Shown: one piece after another, positions 63,643-64,000 of the stretch
How positions within the stretch are numbered: position 1 is the first letter of the stretch
How the letters are laid out: each line of letters starts with the position of its first letter
Source: Bacillota bacterium
Lineage (GTDB): Bacteria > Bacillota > JAAYKD01
DNA: 64,000 nucleotides
Assembly (NCBI GenBank): GCA_963666425.2
Contig: OY762825.2
Location: forward strand, 160,001-224,000
Reading direction: 5' to 3'
The notes under the pieces: model-generated
The model's database searches: none
What the model was told of the DNA's origin: nothing
The model's input: the letters and a program-made list of their open reading frames with translations, nothing else
Translations under genes and position numbers: made by a program

Positions 63643-63849
63643 ATGAATGGGAGACTTGAGAAAGAAATTCGTGCGACAAAAAATATGACTGTAAGAATAG
63701 AAGACAGTGGCTCTGAAGACGAGAAGAAGAACGATTACAGGCTCATTACTGAACCTAAAATGCAAAACTCCCAACTTCTCAAAATACTAATTTTGAGAAG
63801 TTGGGAGGATAGGATAAAGAGGTTTTTACGTTTTCTAAGCCTCTTCTGA
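63643..63849 (+). CDS. Hypothetical small ORF or gene fragment
   Basis: ATG preceded by AAGGAAG; no recognisable motif. Confidence 0.25.
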   Translation: MNGRLEKEIRATKNMTVRIEDSGSEDEKKNDYRLITEPKMQNSQLLKILILRSWEDRIKRFLRFLSLF

Positions 63850-64000
63850 AATCGGGTCTATTTCGGTTCCCATGCCATTAGCAGCAAACCTTTTGGCACA
63901 GTTCAACAGTTTGCTTTACTTATAAGCTGCTTTCTTGAAATCACAAGGTTACTGTGTAATTAGGTTACGGTGTACTGAAGCATCTCTACTGTCGCTATTG

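Noticed and set aside
63540-64000. Start of another mobile element at the window end
   Set aside because: AT-rich with only a short ORF; too little sequence to support a call

Overview
Chromosomal window from an anaerobic Bacillota (Firmicutes)-type bacterium. Positions 1-11.9 kb hold a 2-oxoacid:ferredoxin oxidoreductase / methylmalonyl-CoA / PduL cluster (propionate pathway). It contains an in-frame MeaB-epimerase fusion, has no MmdB in the cluster, and is followed by a membrane pyrophosphatase. Positions 12-40.8 kb are mostly housekeeping: upp, PBP1A, yebC-ruvCAB, queH-spoIID(split)-queA-tgt, recJ-rel-dtd-hemZ-hisS, 6S RNA, ltaE plus two amidohydrolases, ptb-buk, rarA, mnmA, tRNA-Leu. After tRNA-Leu(CAA) comes an AT-richer, decaying accessory region (about 40.8-53.1 kb). 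It contains an intact heliorhodopsin-TspO operon, an internally deleted TG...CA transposon, a putative DNA-drug resistance regulon (AraC sensor, class II UvrA, relic MFS, M28 peptidase, sharing four copies of a GCA-N7-TCAA(G/T)A site) and a BspA-type LRR protein. The window ends with two flavoproteins, rocD, pepT, rsuA and a deoxyinosine glycosylase-mutY-TetM-like GTPase operon. No CRISPR array, rRNA or intact integrase was seen. All product calls come from motifs recognised by eye, not from database searches.
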